From: Acidobacteriota bacterium
GTDB taxonomy: Bacteria > Acidobacteriota > Aminicenantia > UBA2199
DNA: 64,000 bases
Assembly (NCBI GenBank): GCA_025456205.1
Contig: JALOLA010000004.1
Span: 21,980-85,979 of the forward strand
Direction of reading: 5' to 3'
Shown: positions 17,903 to 26,625 of the stretch, in pieces
How positions within the stretch are numbered: position 1 is the stretch's first letter
Layout of the letters: the number at the start of each line of letters is the position of its first letter
Notes under the pieces: model-generated
The model's database searches: none
Told to the model about the DNA's origin: nothing
The model's input: the letters and a program-made list of their open reading frames with translations, nothing else
Translations under genes and position numbers: made by a program

Positions 17903-20017
17903 ATGAATAAAAAAACTGCAGTCTTTTTGGCATTGGCAGCCGTTCTCTTTTCCCTGTGCGCCGGCCCGCTCGCGGCCCAGAAGAGCCCCAAGGACGCGTT
18001 CGATTTTCCCAAGCTTAACCCGCTGAAAATACCGCCCGTGACGCAACTGACCCTCAAGAACGGCATCCGCCTGTTCCTGATCGAGGACCACCGCTTCCCG
18101 ACCATCGATATGCTGGGGCTGTTTTTCACATCTTCGGCCTTCGAACCCGCCGTGAAGGCGGGCCTGGCCGGCCTGGCCGGCACGGTGCTGCGCACCGGGG
18201 GCACGCAGACGCGCTCCGGCGACCAGATCGACCGCGAATTGGAGACCATGGCCGCCGCGATCGAGACCGGCGTCGACGGCGAGAGCGGTTCGATATCGGT
18301 TTCGCTGCTCAAGGAGAATTTGGACAAGGCGCTGCCGATCATGGCCGACATCCTGCGCCGGCCGCTGTTCGCCCAGGAGAAGATCGACCTGGCCAAGATC
18401 GAGGCCCGCACCGCCATCTCGCGGCGCAATGACGACGTCGGCCAGATCGCCGAGCGTGAATTCACCAAGTTGATCTACGGGGCGCAAAGCCCCTATGCCC
18501 GCCAGAGCGAGTATGCCACCATCGACGCCATCCGCCGCGACGATATCGTCGCCTTTTACAAGGAATACTTCCATCCCGACAACATGTGGCTCGCCGTCTG
18601 GGGTGATTTCAACGCCAGGCAGATGGCGCGGAAGATCGAGACGGTCCTCGGCGACTGGCCGGCGGCCGGCCGGAAGCTGCCGGCACTGCCCGCGGTCGAC
18701 TACGAGTTCAAGTCCACCGTCAATTTCATCGAAAAAAGCGACGTCAACCAGTCCAACATCATGGTCGGCCATATCGGCGGCCTGCTGAACGGCCCCGACT
18801 ACGCGGCGCTCTCGGTGATGAACCGCATCCTCTCCTTTGACCGCATGTTCAAGAGGATCCGCACCGACGAGGGGCTGGCGTATTCGGTCTGGGGCTACTA
18901 CGGGGCAGGCTACAAGGTCCCGGGAGTGTTTTCCGCCGGCGCCCAGACCAAGTCGGGCTCGACGGTCAAGGCCATCGGCCTCATGCTGGAAGAGATGAAG
19001 CGCATGCGCAGCGAGGAGGTCGGCGACCAGGAGCTCAAGAGGGCCAAGGACCAGTTCCTGAACTCGTTCGTTTTCCAGTTCGACAGCCGGGCCAAGATCA
19101 TCCGCCGCATGCTCATCTACGCCTACTACGGCTATCCCCTCGACTTTTCCGAGGATATGATCAAGAAGATCGAGAGCGTGACCAAGGCCGATATCCTGGC
19201 CGCCGCCCAAAAATACCTGCGCCCCGACCAGGTGCAGGTGCTGGTGGTGGGCAAGGCGGCGGACTTCGACAAGCCGCTCAGCGAGCTCGGCCCGGTCAGC
19301 GTCATCGACATCGCTATCCCGGTGCCGGCAGGGGACAAGGCCCCGGAGGCCACGGCCGAGACGCTGGCCAAGGGCAAGGAAACCTTCGCCAGGGCCGTCG
19401 CGGCCATGGGCGACCCGCAGAAGCTGAAGGCGGTCAAGAGCATCCGCAGCGTCAGCGACCTCTCTCAGGCCACGCCGATGGGCGAGATGACGCTGGCGGC
19501 CGAGATCGTTTCCGTCTTTCCCGACAAGCTCCATTTCACGCTGGATACGCCCGGCGGCAAGATGAACATGGTGGTCAACGGCGACAAGGCCGTGATCCGG
19601 ATGCCGCAGGGCACCATGCCGCTGCCCGAGGCGCAGAAGAAAGACCTGCGCGAGAGCATGGGCCGCGACATCGTCTTCATGTGGCAGAACCTGGACCAGT
19701 ACCAGGTTCAGCTCCTGGGCAGGAAGGAATTCGCCGGCGGCGAGGCGATCGAGCTGGCCGTTTCCGGTTTCGGCGCCAGTTTCCATCTCTTCCTGGACCC
19801 CGGCACCCTGCTCCCGCGCGGCACCTCCTTCCAGTCGGTCACGGCGGAGGGGCCGGCCATGGTCGAGGAGCGCGTCTCCGACTATCGTGACGTGGACGGC
19901 ATCCAGATGCCGTTCAAGACCGAGGCCTTTGCCAATGGCAAGAAGGTATCCGGCCAGGCGGTCAAGACGGTCCAGTTCAATACCTCTGTCGGCGAGGATC
20001 TTTTCAAGATCGAATAG
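17903..20017 (+). CDS. M16 family peptidase-like protein, probable non-catalytic partner (no HxxEH), secreted
   Basis: Signal peptide. Two M16-like halves. Lies directly after the catalytic M16 gene, as in PqqL-like pairs. Confidence 0.75.
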   Translation: MNKKTAVFLALAAVLFSLCAGPLAAQKSPKDAFDFPKLNPLKIPPVTQLTLKNGIRLFLIEDHRFPTIDMLGLFFTSSAFEPAVKAGLAGLAGTVLRTGGTQTRSGDQIDRELETMAAAIETGVDGESGSISVSLLKENLDKALPIMADILRRPLFAQEKIDLAKIEARTAISRRNDDVGQIAEREFTKLIYGAQSPYARQSEYATIDAIRRDDIVAFYKEYFHPDNMWLAVWGDFNARQMARKIETVLGDWPAAGRKLPALPAVDYEFKSTVNFIEKSDVNQSNIMVGHIGGLLNGPDYAALSVMNRILSFDRMFKRIRTDEGLAYSVWGYYGAGYKVPGVFSAGAQTKSGSTVKAIGLMLEEMKRMRSEEVGDQELKRAKDQFLNSFVFQFDSRAKIIRRMLIYAYYGYPLDFSEDMIKKIESVTKADILAAAQKYLRPDQVQVLVVGKAADFDKPLSELGPVSVIDIAIPVPAGDKAPEATAETLAKGKETFARAVAAMGDPQKLKAVKSIRSVSDLSQATPMGEMTLAAEIVSVFPDKLHFTLDTPGGKMNMVVNGDKAVIRMPQGTMPLPEAQKKDLRESMGRDIVFMWQNLDQYQVQLLGRKEFAGGEAIELAVSGFGASFHLFLDPGTLLPRGTSFQSVTAEGPAMVEERVSDYRDVDGIQMPFKTEAFANGKKVSGQAVKTVQFNTSVGEDLFKIE

Positions 20018-20035
20018 GTACGCATCCGCGAGCGC

Positions 20036-20070
20036 GTGGGGCGTCCCTGACGCCCCGCCCGCTTTTTCCC
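20036..20070 (+). terminator. Rho-independent terminator after the M16 pair
   Basis: gtggggcgtccctgacgccccgcccgcttttt gives the stem ggggcgtc/gacgcccc followed by a T-run. Confidence 0.6.
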
Positions 20071-20179
20071 CCGGCTTGAATTCCTTTCTCCCCGGCGGTA
20101 CCATAGGATCCGGGACGCATCAGGAAAAATGGCGGCCGCGAGCGCGGCCTGAGCCTTTTCTGGTGGTCGGGAGGTCGCC

Positions 20180-20698
20180 ATGAGCAGCCCGTCGCTGAAG
20201 TTGTACCGCCTGCGCGGGATCTTTATCGTGTACTATATCCTGAAATCGATCGCCGGGGCGGTCATTGCCTTCGGGGTCCTGCGGCCGATCGCCGTCGGGC
20301 GCTATGGCCTGCAGGAATGGTCGCCCGGCGCCCTGGCCGTTTTCAGCCTGGCGATCACCGCGCTCATCCTGTGGCTCGCCTGGCTCGTCTTCGGCCAGCT
20401 GCTGCAGCGCAGGAACTGGGCGCGGGTGCTGCTGCTGGTCATCGGCTGGCTGACGGTCATCAGCGCCATCGCCAGTCTCCTGCTCGCCCCGCAGGCATCC
20501 GCCATGGGTTCCTGGCTCTCCCGCTGGGTGGCACCCCTGGGACTGGACTGGCAGAAGCTGCTGGCGTATGACCGGGTGCAGAAGGTCTTCGAGCTGCTTT
20601 TCTGGGGCTACCTGATCTCGGTGCTGCAGTTCGACCAGGCGGTGCGCGATGAGTTTTTCCCCGGGCCCGACGCCAAAGACGCTCCGCCTGAGCGCTGA
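20180..20698 (+). CDS. Hypothetical membrane protein
   Basis: 4 hydrophobic helices. Codon third-position GC bias is consistent with the host. No recognisable domain. Confidence 0.45.
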   Translation: MSSPSLKLYRLRGIFIVYYILKSIAGAVIAFGVLRPIAVGRYGLQEWSPGALAVFSLAITALILWLAWLVFGQLLQRRNWARVLLLVIGWLTVISAIASLLLAPQASAMGSWLSRWVAPLGLDWQKLLAYDRVQKVFELLFWGYLISVLQFDQAVRDEFFPGPDAKDAPPER

Positions 20699-20730
20699 TC
20701 CGGGAACGACGACTCCTGCGGGAGGGAGAT

Positions 20731-21600
20731 ATGGAACAGATCAGAGAGGTCAAGGAAGTGCGGAGCGGTGCTCCCACTCTGGAGGGGGCGGGGGTGCGGC
20801 TGCGGCGGTTGTTCGGATTTGAAAAGGTCCCGGCCCTGGATCCCTTCCTGCTGCTGGACGATTTCAGCTCGAGAGATCCCGCGGAATACATGGCCGGCTT
20901 TCCCTGGCACCCGCACCGCGGCATCGAGACCATCACCTACCTTCTGCAAGGCGAGATCGAGCACGGCGACAGCATGGGCAACCGCGGGGTGATCGGGCCG
21001 GGAGAGGTGCAGTGGATGACGGCCGGTTCGGGCATCGTCCACCAGGAGATGCCGCGCGAGAGCCGGAAGACCGGCCTGCAGGGCTTCCAGTTGTGGGCCA
21101 ACCTGCCCGCCGCCGAAAAGATGATGCCCCCCCGCTACCGCGGCATCGAAGCCCGGCAGATCCCGCTGGTCGAACGCCGGGACGGGGTGAAGGTGCGGGT
21201 GGTCTGCGGCACGGTCGACGGCGTGCAGGGCCCGGTGCGCGAGATCCGCATCGACCCCGAATACCTGGATGTCGAAATGCCGGCCGGTGCCGTCTTCCAC
21301 CGCCACGTCACCGAAGGCCATGCCATTTTCGCCTATGTCTTCGCCGGCAGCGGGCATTTCGCTCCCGCGAGCAAGAAATCAGCCGCCGCCGGGAACCTGG
21401 TGACTTTCGGCGCGGGTGACCGTGTCGTTATCGCCGCCGGGGAGGCCGGGGTGCGCTTCCTGCTGGTTTGCGGAAAACCGCTGCGCGAGCCGGTGGCCTG
21501 GCGCGGCCCCATCGTCATGAATACCGAGGCGGAGCTGCGCGTTGCTTTCGCCGAATATGCGGCAGGCACGTTTTTAAAGCACAAGGCCGTGCTGGAATAG
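20731..21600 (+). CDS. Pirin family protein (bicupin)
   Basis: FPWHPHRGIETITYLLQGEIEHGDSMGN...GEVQWMTAGSGIVHQE are the pirin N-terminal cupin metal-binding motifs. Confidence 0.9.
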   Translation: MEQIREVKEVRSGAPTLEGAGVRLRRLFGFEKVPALDPFLLLDDFSSRDPAEYMAGFPWHPHRGIETITYLLQGEIEHGDSMGNRGVIGPGEVQWMTAGSGIVHQEMPRESRKTGLQGFQLWANLPAAEKMMPPRYRGIEARQIPLVERRDGVKVRVVCGTVDGVQGPVREIRIDPEYLDVEMPAGAVFHRHVTEGHAIFAYVFAGSGHFAPASKKSAAAGNLVTFGAGDRVVIAAGEAGVRFLLVCGKPLREPVAWRGPIVMNTEAELRVAFAEYAAGTFLKHKAVLE

Positions 21601-21626
21601 CCGGGCCGGCGGATAAGGAGATCGCC

Positions 21627-21899
21627 ATGCGCGAAACATTGCAGGGAATGGTCGGCAAGGATATCGTGGTGGACACCCGTTCGCCCTGGATGTACATCGG
21701 CAGGCTGGAGTCGGTGCAGGCCGACAGCCTGCTGCTGCGCGACGTCGATGTCCACGACAGCGGCGAGAACCCGCTGCCCAAGGAGCGCTACGTGATCGAT
21801 TCCCGCGCCACCGGCATCAAGGCCAACCGCCGCTCGGTCTACGTCAGCCTGGACTATGTGGTCAGCGCCTCGCTGCTGTCCGAGGTCATCAAGTACTAG
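21627..21899 (+). CDS. Hypothetical protein (90 aa)
   Basis: ATG at 21627 preceded by aaggag. The track ORF from 21468 is an upstream extension without an RBS. Confidence 0.5.
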   Translation: MRETLQGMVGKDIVVDTRSPWMYIGRLESVQADSLLLRDVDVHDSGENPLPKERYVIDSRATGIKANRRSVYVSLDYVVSASLLSEVIKY

Positions 21900-21903
21900 C
21901 GCC

Positions 21904-22248
21904 GTGAAGCCCTGGTACCTTTACCTGGTGCGCTGCCGTGACGGCACGCTCTATACCGGGATCTCTTCCGACGTGGGCCGGCGTTTGGCCGAGCACCGCG
22001 CCGGCAAGGGGGCCCGCTACCTGCGCGGCCGGGCGCCCCTGGTGCTGGCGCGCAAGGTCCGCATTGGCCCTGTCGGTGACGCGCTCAAGATCGAGCGCAA
22101 GGTCAAGAGGATGTCTCCCGCCAGGAAAGAAAAACTGATCGCGGGCAAGATCCGGCTGAAAGACTTGATCGAGAAAGACGTCAGACGCCAGACGTCAGAC
22201 GTCAGCAAGAAAAAGATTTTCAAGAACAGGAAAGCAGGGCCTATATAG
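21904..22248 (+). CDS. GIY-YIG nuclease family protein (YhbQ/UPF0213-like); C-terminus reads into repeat R3
   Basis: WYLYLVRCRDGTLYTGISSDVGRRLAEH is the GIY-YIG core. GTG start at 21904. The last 20 codons are encoded by the gacgtca tandem heptamers. Confidence 0.65.
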   Translation: MKPWYLYLVRCRDGTLYTGISSDVGRRLAEHRAGKGARYLRGRAPLVLARKVRIGPVGDALKIERKVKRMSPARKEKLIAGKIRLKDLIEKDVRRQTSDVSKKKIFKNRKAGPI

Positions 22249-22365
22249 CCTCCATCGATGGCTTCGAATTCGATGGACCTCAAAGCGCTTGGCTAACGCC
22301 TGAATTCAGAGTTCGCTTCCTCCCTCTTGCTAACGTCTGACATCTAACGTCTAACGTCTAACGTC
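22177..22365. repeat. Heptamer-tandem inverted repeat element R3 (units GACGTCA / GACGTTA), about 115-bp loop containing palindromes ccatcgatgg and tcgaattcga
   Basis: Left arm gacgtcagacgccagacgtcagacgtcagcaag (22177-22209). Right arm cttgctaacgtctgacatctaacgtctaacgtctaacgtc (22326-22365). Confidence 0.85.
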
Positions 22366-22372
22366 TTCTGGG

Positions 22373-22840
22373 TCATCCTCCCGCCGTTTGCGGGAAGGCG
22401 GTGTTGGAATAGAGGTACTCGACCTTCTCCTTGTGCTTCAACTCCTGGTCGGCCATGGCCAGCAGCATCGCGCGCAGCTCGCCTTCGGGCTGCAGGGCGG
22501 CCAGGGACTTGTAGAAGTTGTAGGAGTTCCATTCGCGGTGGGCGGCGACCAGGTAGACCTCGCTGCTGTTCATGTTCTTCTTGGGGTCGGGCTTCTCGGT
22601 GTATTGGGCGATGTGGTAGTCGATCAGGGTGTCCAGGGGCAGGGCGGCGATCTTTTTTTCGCCCTTCAGGTAGGCTTGCAGGAATTCCTTGTGCGCCAGC
22701 TCTTCGCCGGCCAGGAATTTCAAGGTCTCTTTGGCCAGGGCATCCTGCACCAGGTCATGCAGGCCCAGGTAGAACGTCCGGGCCTCCTCCTCGTTCTTGA
22801 TGGCGCTCTCTATCACGCTCTGCAGGCTTTGTGCTTCCAT
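22373..22840 (-). CDS. Ferritin-like / rubrerythrin-like domain protein
   Basis: Paired E-x-x-H helices (EEEARTFYLGLHD ... ELKHKEKVEY) are typical of diiron ferritin-like four-helix bundles. Confidence 0.55.
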   Translation of the reverse strand: MEAQSLQSVIESAIKNEEEARTFYLGLHDLVQDALAKETLKFLAGEELAHKEFLQAYLKGEKKIAALPLDTLIDYHIAQYTEKPDPKKNMNSSEVYLVAAHREWNSYNFYKSLAALQPEGELRAMLLAMADQELKHKEKVEYLYSNTAFPQTAGG

Positions 22841-22867
22841 TGTGCTCCCTCCTTTGATTGCTTGTCC

Positions 22868-24004
22868 CTACAAACTGAGCAAGGCGCTGAACATGACCTG
22901 GTTGGTCTTGGCCTTGGCGCTCAGGAAATAATCGCTGGTGAAATGGGCGAATTCCAGGCCGAAGCTCACCCCGGAGCCGGCGGCGAACTGGACGCCGGCC
23001 AGCAGCGCGCCGGTTTTCTTCAATTCCCTGGCGGCGAGCTGATCGTCATCGCTCAGGTCCTCGAAGGCGTAGCCCAGCCAGCCGTTCCATTTGCCTTCGC
23101 TGAGCAGCAGCTCCGACCAGAAGGCCTGCACTTTCTTGGCGGCGAATTCCTGCCGGGCGATGTCGGTGAACAGCCCGGCGCGGCTGACCACGTAGGTCAG
23201 ATTGGCGCCGGAGAGGAACTCGCCCTTCAGCGCCAGGCGCTTGCAGATGGAGAGGTTCCAGTCCAGGCTGGCGCCGGCGGCAGCGACCGTGTTATTGAAG
23301 GCGACGGTGGCGGCGCTGGCTTTTTCGCGGCCGTAGATCCCCGAGAGCCCGACCTGGTACCTGCCGTTCGCGCCCAGCTTCAGGCCCAGGCGCCCCTGCA
23401 GCACCGGCATGATCGCCGCCCAGCCGCCCGCGGTGGCGGGATCGCTGATCGAGGCGGCAAAGTCAAAGCGCAGAGCCGAATAGGTGTAGCGCACCTGGGC
23501 GTGGCGGAAGCCGACGTTTCCCGTCTGCCACAGGTAGCCGTTGATCATCAGCGTGGTCGGGCCGAGGGGCGAGAACAGGTCCCAGGCCTGGCCGAACAGC
23601 AGGCTGTGGCCTTTCTTGGCCAGGGAGAAATAGCCCTGGCGGAAGCGCGGCTTCATCTGGTTGGGGCTGGCGGTATCGAAGAAGTCCCATTCCAGAACGG
23701 CGGATAGGTTCATGCCGTTGCTCAACGGGGCGCCGGCGTACTTGAGGCCGAAACGGGTGTGGGTGGCCGACAGGTAGAGATTGCCGTCCCCGCCAGTGGC
23801 GTAGCGCGGGAAGGTCAGGCCGTTGACGCCGCCGTCCTGGTAGGCGGCATCGAGCTTGAAGAAGCCGTAGAGCTGAAGCTTGCTTTTTTCCGTGTCGAGC
23901 AGGGTGACGTCCCCGTAGGCGCGCAGGCAGGGCAGCAGCAGCAAGCTGAGCAGGAATGCCAATATTAAAGTTCTTTTCATCGTGACCTCTTTTTTTGATT
24001 TCAC
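22868..24004 (-). CDS. Outer-membrane beta-barrel protein (porin-like), hypothetical
   Basis: Signal peptide MKRTLILAFLLSLLLLPCLRAYG. Alternating amphipathic beta-strand pattern throughout, with aromatic girdle residues. Confidence 0.55.
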   Translation of the reverse strand: MKSKKEVTMKRTLILAFLLSLLLLPCLRAYGDVTLLDTEKSKLQLYGFFKLDAAYQDGGVNGLTFPRYATGGDGNLYLSATHTRFGLKYAGAPLSNGMNLSAVLEWDFFDTASPNQMKPRFRQGYFSLAKKGHSLLFGQAWDLFSPLGPTTLMINGYLWQTGNVGFRHAQVRYTYSALRFDFAASISDPATAGGWAAIMPVLQGRLGLKLGANGRYQVGLSGIYGREKASAATVAFNNTVAAAGASLDWNLSICKRLALKGEFLSGANLTYVVSRAGLFTDIARQEFAAKKVQAFWSELLLSEGKWNGWLGYAFEDLSDDDQLAARELKKTGALLAGVQFAAGSGVSFGLEFAHFTSDYFLSAKAKTNQVMFSALLSL

Positions 24005-24056
24005 CCATTTTACCCTATTGCCGGGGTGTTTTCAATCAGCCCAGCGGACGGAGAGG

Positions 24057-24809
24057 CTAAAAATTCAGCAAGATCGGCCGCGGCTTGAGCACGTGGCCGA
24101 TGAGGGTCAGGCCGCTGCGGCGCACGATCTCCAGGGCCTTGCTGGTCAGCGTGGTCTGGGAGATGAGGGTGGGAATGCCGGCGTGCAGGCACTTGAGCGC
24201 CATCTCCGCCGAGATGCGGCCGGTGGTCAGCAGCGCCGTGCCGCGCAGGTCGACCCTGGCGGACAGCGCCCAGCCGATCACCTTGTCGACGCTGTTGCTG
24301 CGGCCGATGTCCTCGCGGCTGGCCAGGATCCTGAGCCCGCGCATGTCGGCCAGCATGGAGCAGTGGATGCCGCCGTGGCGGCGGAACATCCGCGCCCGGG
24401 CGGGGAGGAGCTCCATCAGGGCGACGGCCTGCGCCAGGGTGAAATCGTAATCGCGGCGCACCGCCGGCAGGTCCTGGAATAGCGCCGGGCGCACGTCGCC
24501 GCCCGAGCAGGCGGTCACCTGCAGCGGCTGGAAGCGCTCGGGACGGAATGAGGCGCCCGGGCGCAGGCGGACCAGGGCCCGGTCGCCCTGGAAGCGCAGT
24601 GCGGCCATGTCCCCGGCGCCGGCGACAAGGTCTTGGCTGAACAGCCAGCCCAGGACCAGCTCGCGCCGCTGGAAAGGCGAAGAACTCAGGCGGCTCAGGG
24701 CGCGGCCGTTGACGACGATGGTCAGCAGGGTTTCCTCGGGCAGCGCCACCAGCCCGGTCTCCCGGCGCGGTTCAGCTGCCCGGGCCTTTTTTGTCCTTGA
24801 TGTAGTCAT
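24057..24809 (-). CDS. fdhD: Formate dehydrogenase accessory sulfurtransferase FdhD
   Basis: GRHGGIHCSML, TSGRISAEMALKCLHAGIPTLISQ and the C-terminal SAPT-like region match the FdhD family. The annotated 5' end overlaps mobA, so the true start may be internal. Confidence 0.8.
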   Translation of the reverse strand: MTTSRTKKARAAEPRRETGLVALPEETLLTIVVNGRALSRLSSSPFQRRELVLGWLFSQDLVAGAGDMAALRFQGDRALVRLRPGASFRPERFQPLQVTACSGGDVRPALFQDLPAVRRDYDFTLAQAVALMELLPARARMFRRHGGIHCSMLADMRGLRILASREDIGRSNSVDKVIGWALSARVDLRGTALLTTGRISAEMALKCLHAGIPTLISQTTLTSKALEIVRRSGLTLIGHVLKPRPILLNF

Positions 24810-25359
24810 GGTATTCCTCGAGGGTGTTCAGGTTGCGGAACCAGCCCTGCCCGTCCATGGGCACAAAACGGGTGCGGCAGGCCTGGAACAGCGACGATAT
24901 CCTGAAGTCGTTGCCGGCGAGCTGCCTTTCGATGGCCGGGATGACGGCGCGATCGTAGGCGGCGAACAGCGGCTCGAACTTGCCGTCGCCGTAGCGGGGC
25001 ACGACGATCTCGTGGACCGGGGCCAGGGCCAGGATCGCTTGCAGGAAGGGGATGTCGATGAAGGGGATGTCGCAGGCCACGACGAAATTGCCGCGGCAGG
25101 GCGAGGCCCGCAGCGCCGTCAGGATGGCGGGCAGCGGGCCCAGGCCCGGGGATTCGTCCTCGACGATCGGCAGGCCCAGGAAGGTGAACTTCTCGCGGGC
25201 GCCGGCGCTGACCAGGATGGTCTCGAAGCAGGGGCGGATCTGGGCGACCAGCGTTTCGATCAGCGGGCGGCCGCATATGGGCAGCAGCGGCTTTTCCCGG
25301 CGCATGCGCCGGCTGCGGCCGCCGGCCAGGATGATCGCCGCCAGCGGCTCGCGCGTCAT
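24772..25359 (-). CDS. mobA: Molybdenum cofactor guanylyltransferase MobA
   Basis: AAIILAGGRSRRM (LAGGxSxRM nucleotide-binding loop) and overall MobA length and pattern. Confidence 0.85.
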   Translation of the reverse strand: MTREPLAAIILAGGRSRRMRREKPLLPICGRPLIETLVAQIRPCFETILVSAGAREKFTFLGLPIVEDESPGLGPLPAILTALRASPCRGNFVVACDIPFIDIPFLQAILALAPVHEIVVPRYGDGKFEPLFAAYDRAVIPAIERQLAGNDFRISSLFQACRTRFVPMDGQGWFRNLNTLEEYHDYIKDKKGPGS

Positions 25360-25374
25360 GGGGCCTCGCCGCTC

Positions 25375-25773
25375 TCAGGAGCCGGCTTGGACCTTGTCCT
25401 TGCTGATGAAGCCTTCATCGTGGCCGGGCGCCTTTCTCCTGATGAAGGAAGCCAGGATCTCCCGCTGCTTGTCGCTCATGTTCTTGAAACGGGCGCCGAT
25501 GGAAAAAAGCAGGCCTGGGGGCAGGGAGGCGTACTTCTTGCTGTCGAATACGGCGACCTCGGCGCGGTTGATCTCGATCTCGAAGTCCTGCTGGATGTTG
25601 TCGCGACTGTGCATGAGGTAGATCTTGTAGGTCGAGCCGATCACCGGCTGAAAATTGCTGACCAGGTTGATGCCTTCGCTGCTGATGTTGTTGGCCACGA
25701 AGCTGACCACGTTCAGCAGCTTGCCTTTCATCTCCTGTGAGACGTCGAAGCGGGTGCTTTTTCTTTTTTCCAT
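25375..25773 (-). CDS. PilZ domain protein (c-di-GMP binding type)
   Basis: RKSTR (RxxxR) followed by NISSEGI (D/NxSxxG) PilZ motifs. Confidence 0.65.
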   Translation of the reverse strand: MEKRKSTRFDVSQEMKGKLLNVVSFVANNISSEGINLVSNFQPVIGSTYKIYLMHSRDNIQQDFEIEINRAEVAVFDSKKYASLPPGLLFSIGARFKNMSDKQREILASFIRRKAPGHDEGFISKDKVQAGS

Positions 25774-25824
25774 GGTTCCCCGTCCTTATGGTGATAGGCC
25801 ATGGTATCACAATGAAAAAAAAAT

Positions 25825-26421
25825 TCAATCGCTGGCCGGCCGTGATCCGGCGAGGAATTCCTCCGCGTACGGCTGCATTTCGATTTGTTCGCCAGCCACG
25901 CGGAAACCGGCCTTGAGGTAAACGGCCAGGGCGCCGCCATGGTCGTATTGGCAGGTGTGCAGCCAGACGCGCGCCGTTTCCCCTGCCCAGGCCCTGCGAA
26001 TGCCCCAGTCCAGCAGGAACTTACCCAGGCCGCGGCCGATGAAGGCGGGCAGAAGGCCGAAATAGGCAATTTCCACCTGGCCGGGGACGCTCCTGTCCAG
26101 CTCCACGAATCCCGCCGCTTCCCCGGCGCAGAACAGCCGGTGGACCTCGGTCGTCGCGGCGAGCAATATCGCTTCCAGCTTGCTCGTTTCCATGAGCAGC
26201 CGGCCGCTCCAGCCCCAGGCGCCGCCCACGGCGGAGAACAGCTCTAGATATTCAGCGCATTCCGGCTCCGCCCAGCGCTCGACCGCGCAGCCAGGAGGAG
26301 GCGGGACCGCTTCCGTTTCCGGCCGGCTCCGCATCTCCAGGTAGGTGGTCCTGACCGGGATCAGCTTGTAGCCCAGCGGCAGGGGCGGGCGTTCAGTCAA
26401 GTGGCTTGGCATGTATTTCAT
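25825..26421 (-). CDS. GNAT family N-acetyltransferase
   Basis: Acetyl-CoA-binding motif A region QVEIAYFGLLPAFIGRGLGKFLL (Q/RxxGxG/A). Confidence 0.75.
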   Translation of the reverse strand: MKYMPSHLTERPPLPLGYKLIPVRTTYLEMRSRPETEAVPPPPGCAVERWAEPECAEYLELFSAVGGAWGWSGRLLMETSKLEAILLAATTEVHRLFCAGEAAGFVELDRSVPGQVEIAYFGLLPAFIGRGLGKFLLDWGIRRAWAGETARVWLHTCQYDHGGALAVYLKAGFRVAGEQIEMQPYAEEFLAGSRPASD

Positions 26422-26454
26422 GTAGCATAACCCTGACGTTTTTTCAAACGAAAT

Positions 26455-26566
26455 CAGGGAAGACAGAGGGAAGAGAGAGTGGAAAAAACCCTTTCAGAAA
26501 ATCTTTCTCACTTTGTCTTCCCTCTGCCTTTCCCTCTGTTTTCTCTTTCTCTTCCCTTTTTCGTTG
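26455..26566. repeat. Heptamer-type inverted repeat element R4 (unit AGAGGGA-like purine/pyrimidine tracts)
   Basis: cagggaagacagagggaagagagagtgg pairs with cactttgtcttccctctgcctttccctctgttttctctttctcttccc. Lies in the divergent region between the GNAT gene and the DUF1624 gene. Confidence 0.7.
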
Positions 26567-26625
26567 AGCCGAGCCCAACGTTCTGCTACTATATCCTTTC
26601 CAAAAAAACCGGACGCGGGGGTTCC

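Noticed and set aside
16368-20104. 521-aa and 756-aa - strand ORFs
   Set aside because: Antisense to the two M16 peptidase genes, which have HxxEH and signal peptides. Low-complexity translations.
22388-23707. 439-aa + ORF
   Set aside because: Antisense to the ferritin-like and outer-membrane protein genes. Gly/Ala/Gln-rich with no motif.
24607-25740. 377-aa + ORF and 156-aa - ORF 24806..25276
   Set aside because: Antisense or alternate frames of mobA/PilZ genes.
26479-26625. Track start of the DUF1624 ORF at 26479
   Set aside because: The extra 49 codons translate the R4 repeat (FPLPFPLFSLSLPFF...). A clean ATG at 26626 begins the conserved HFIDQFRGW motif.
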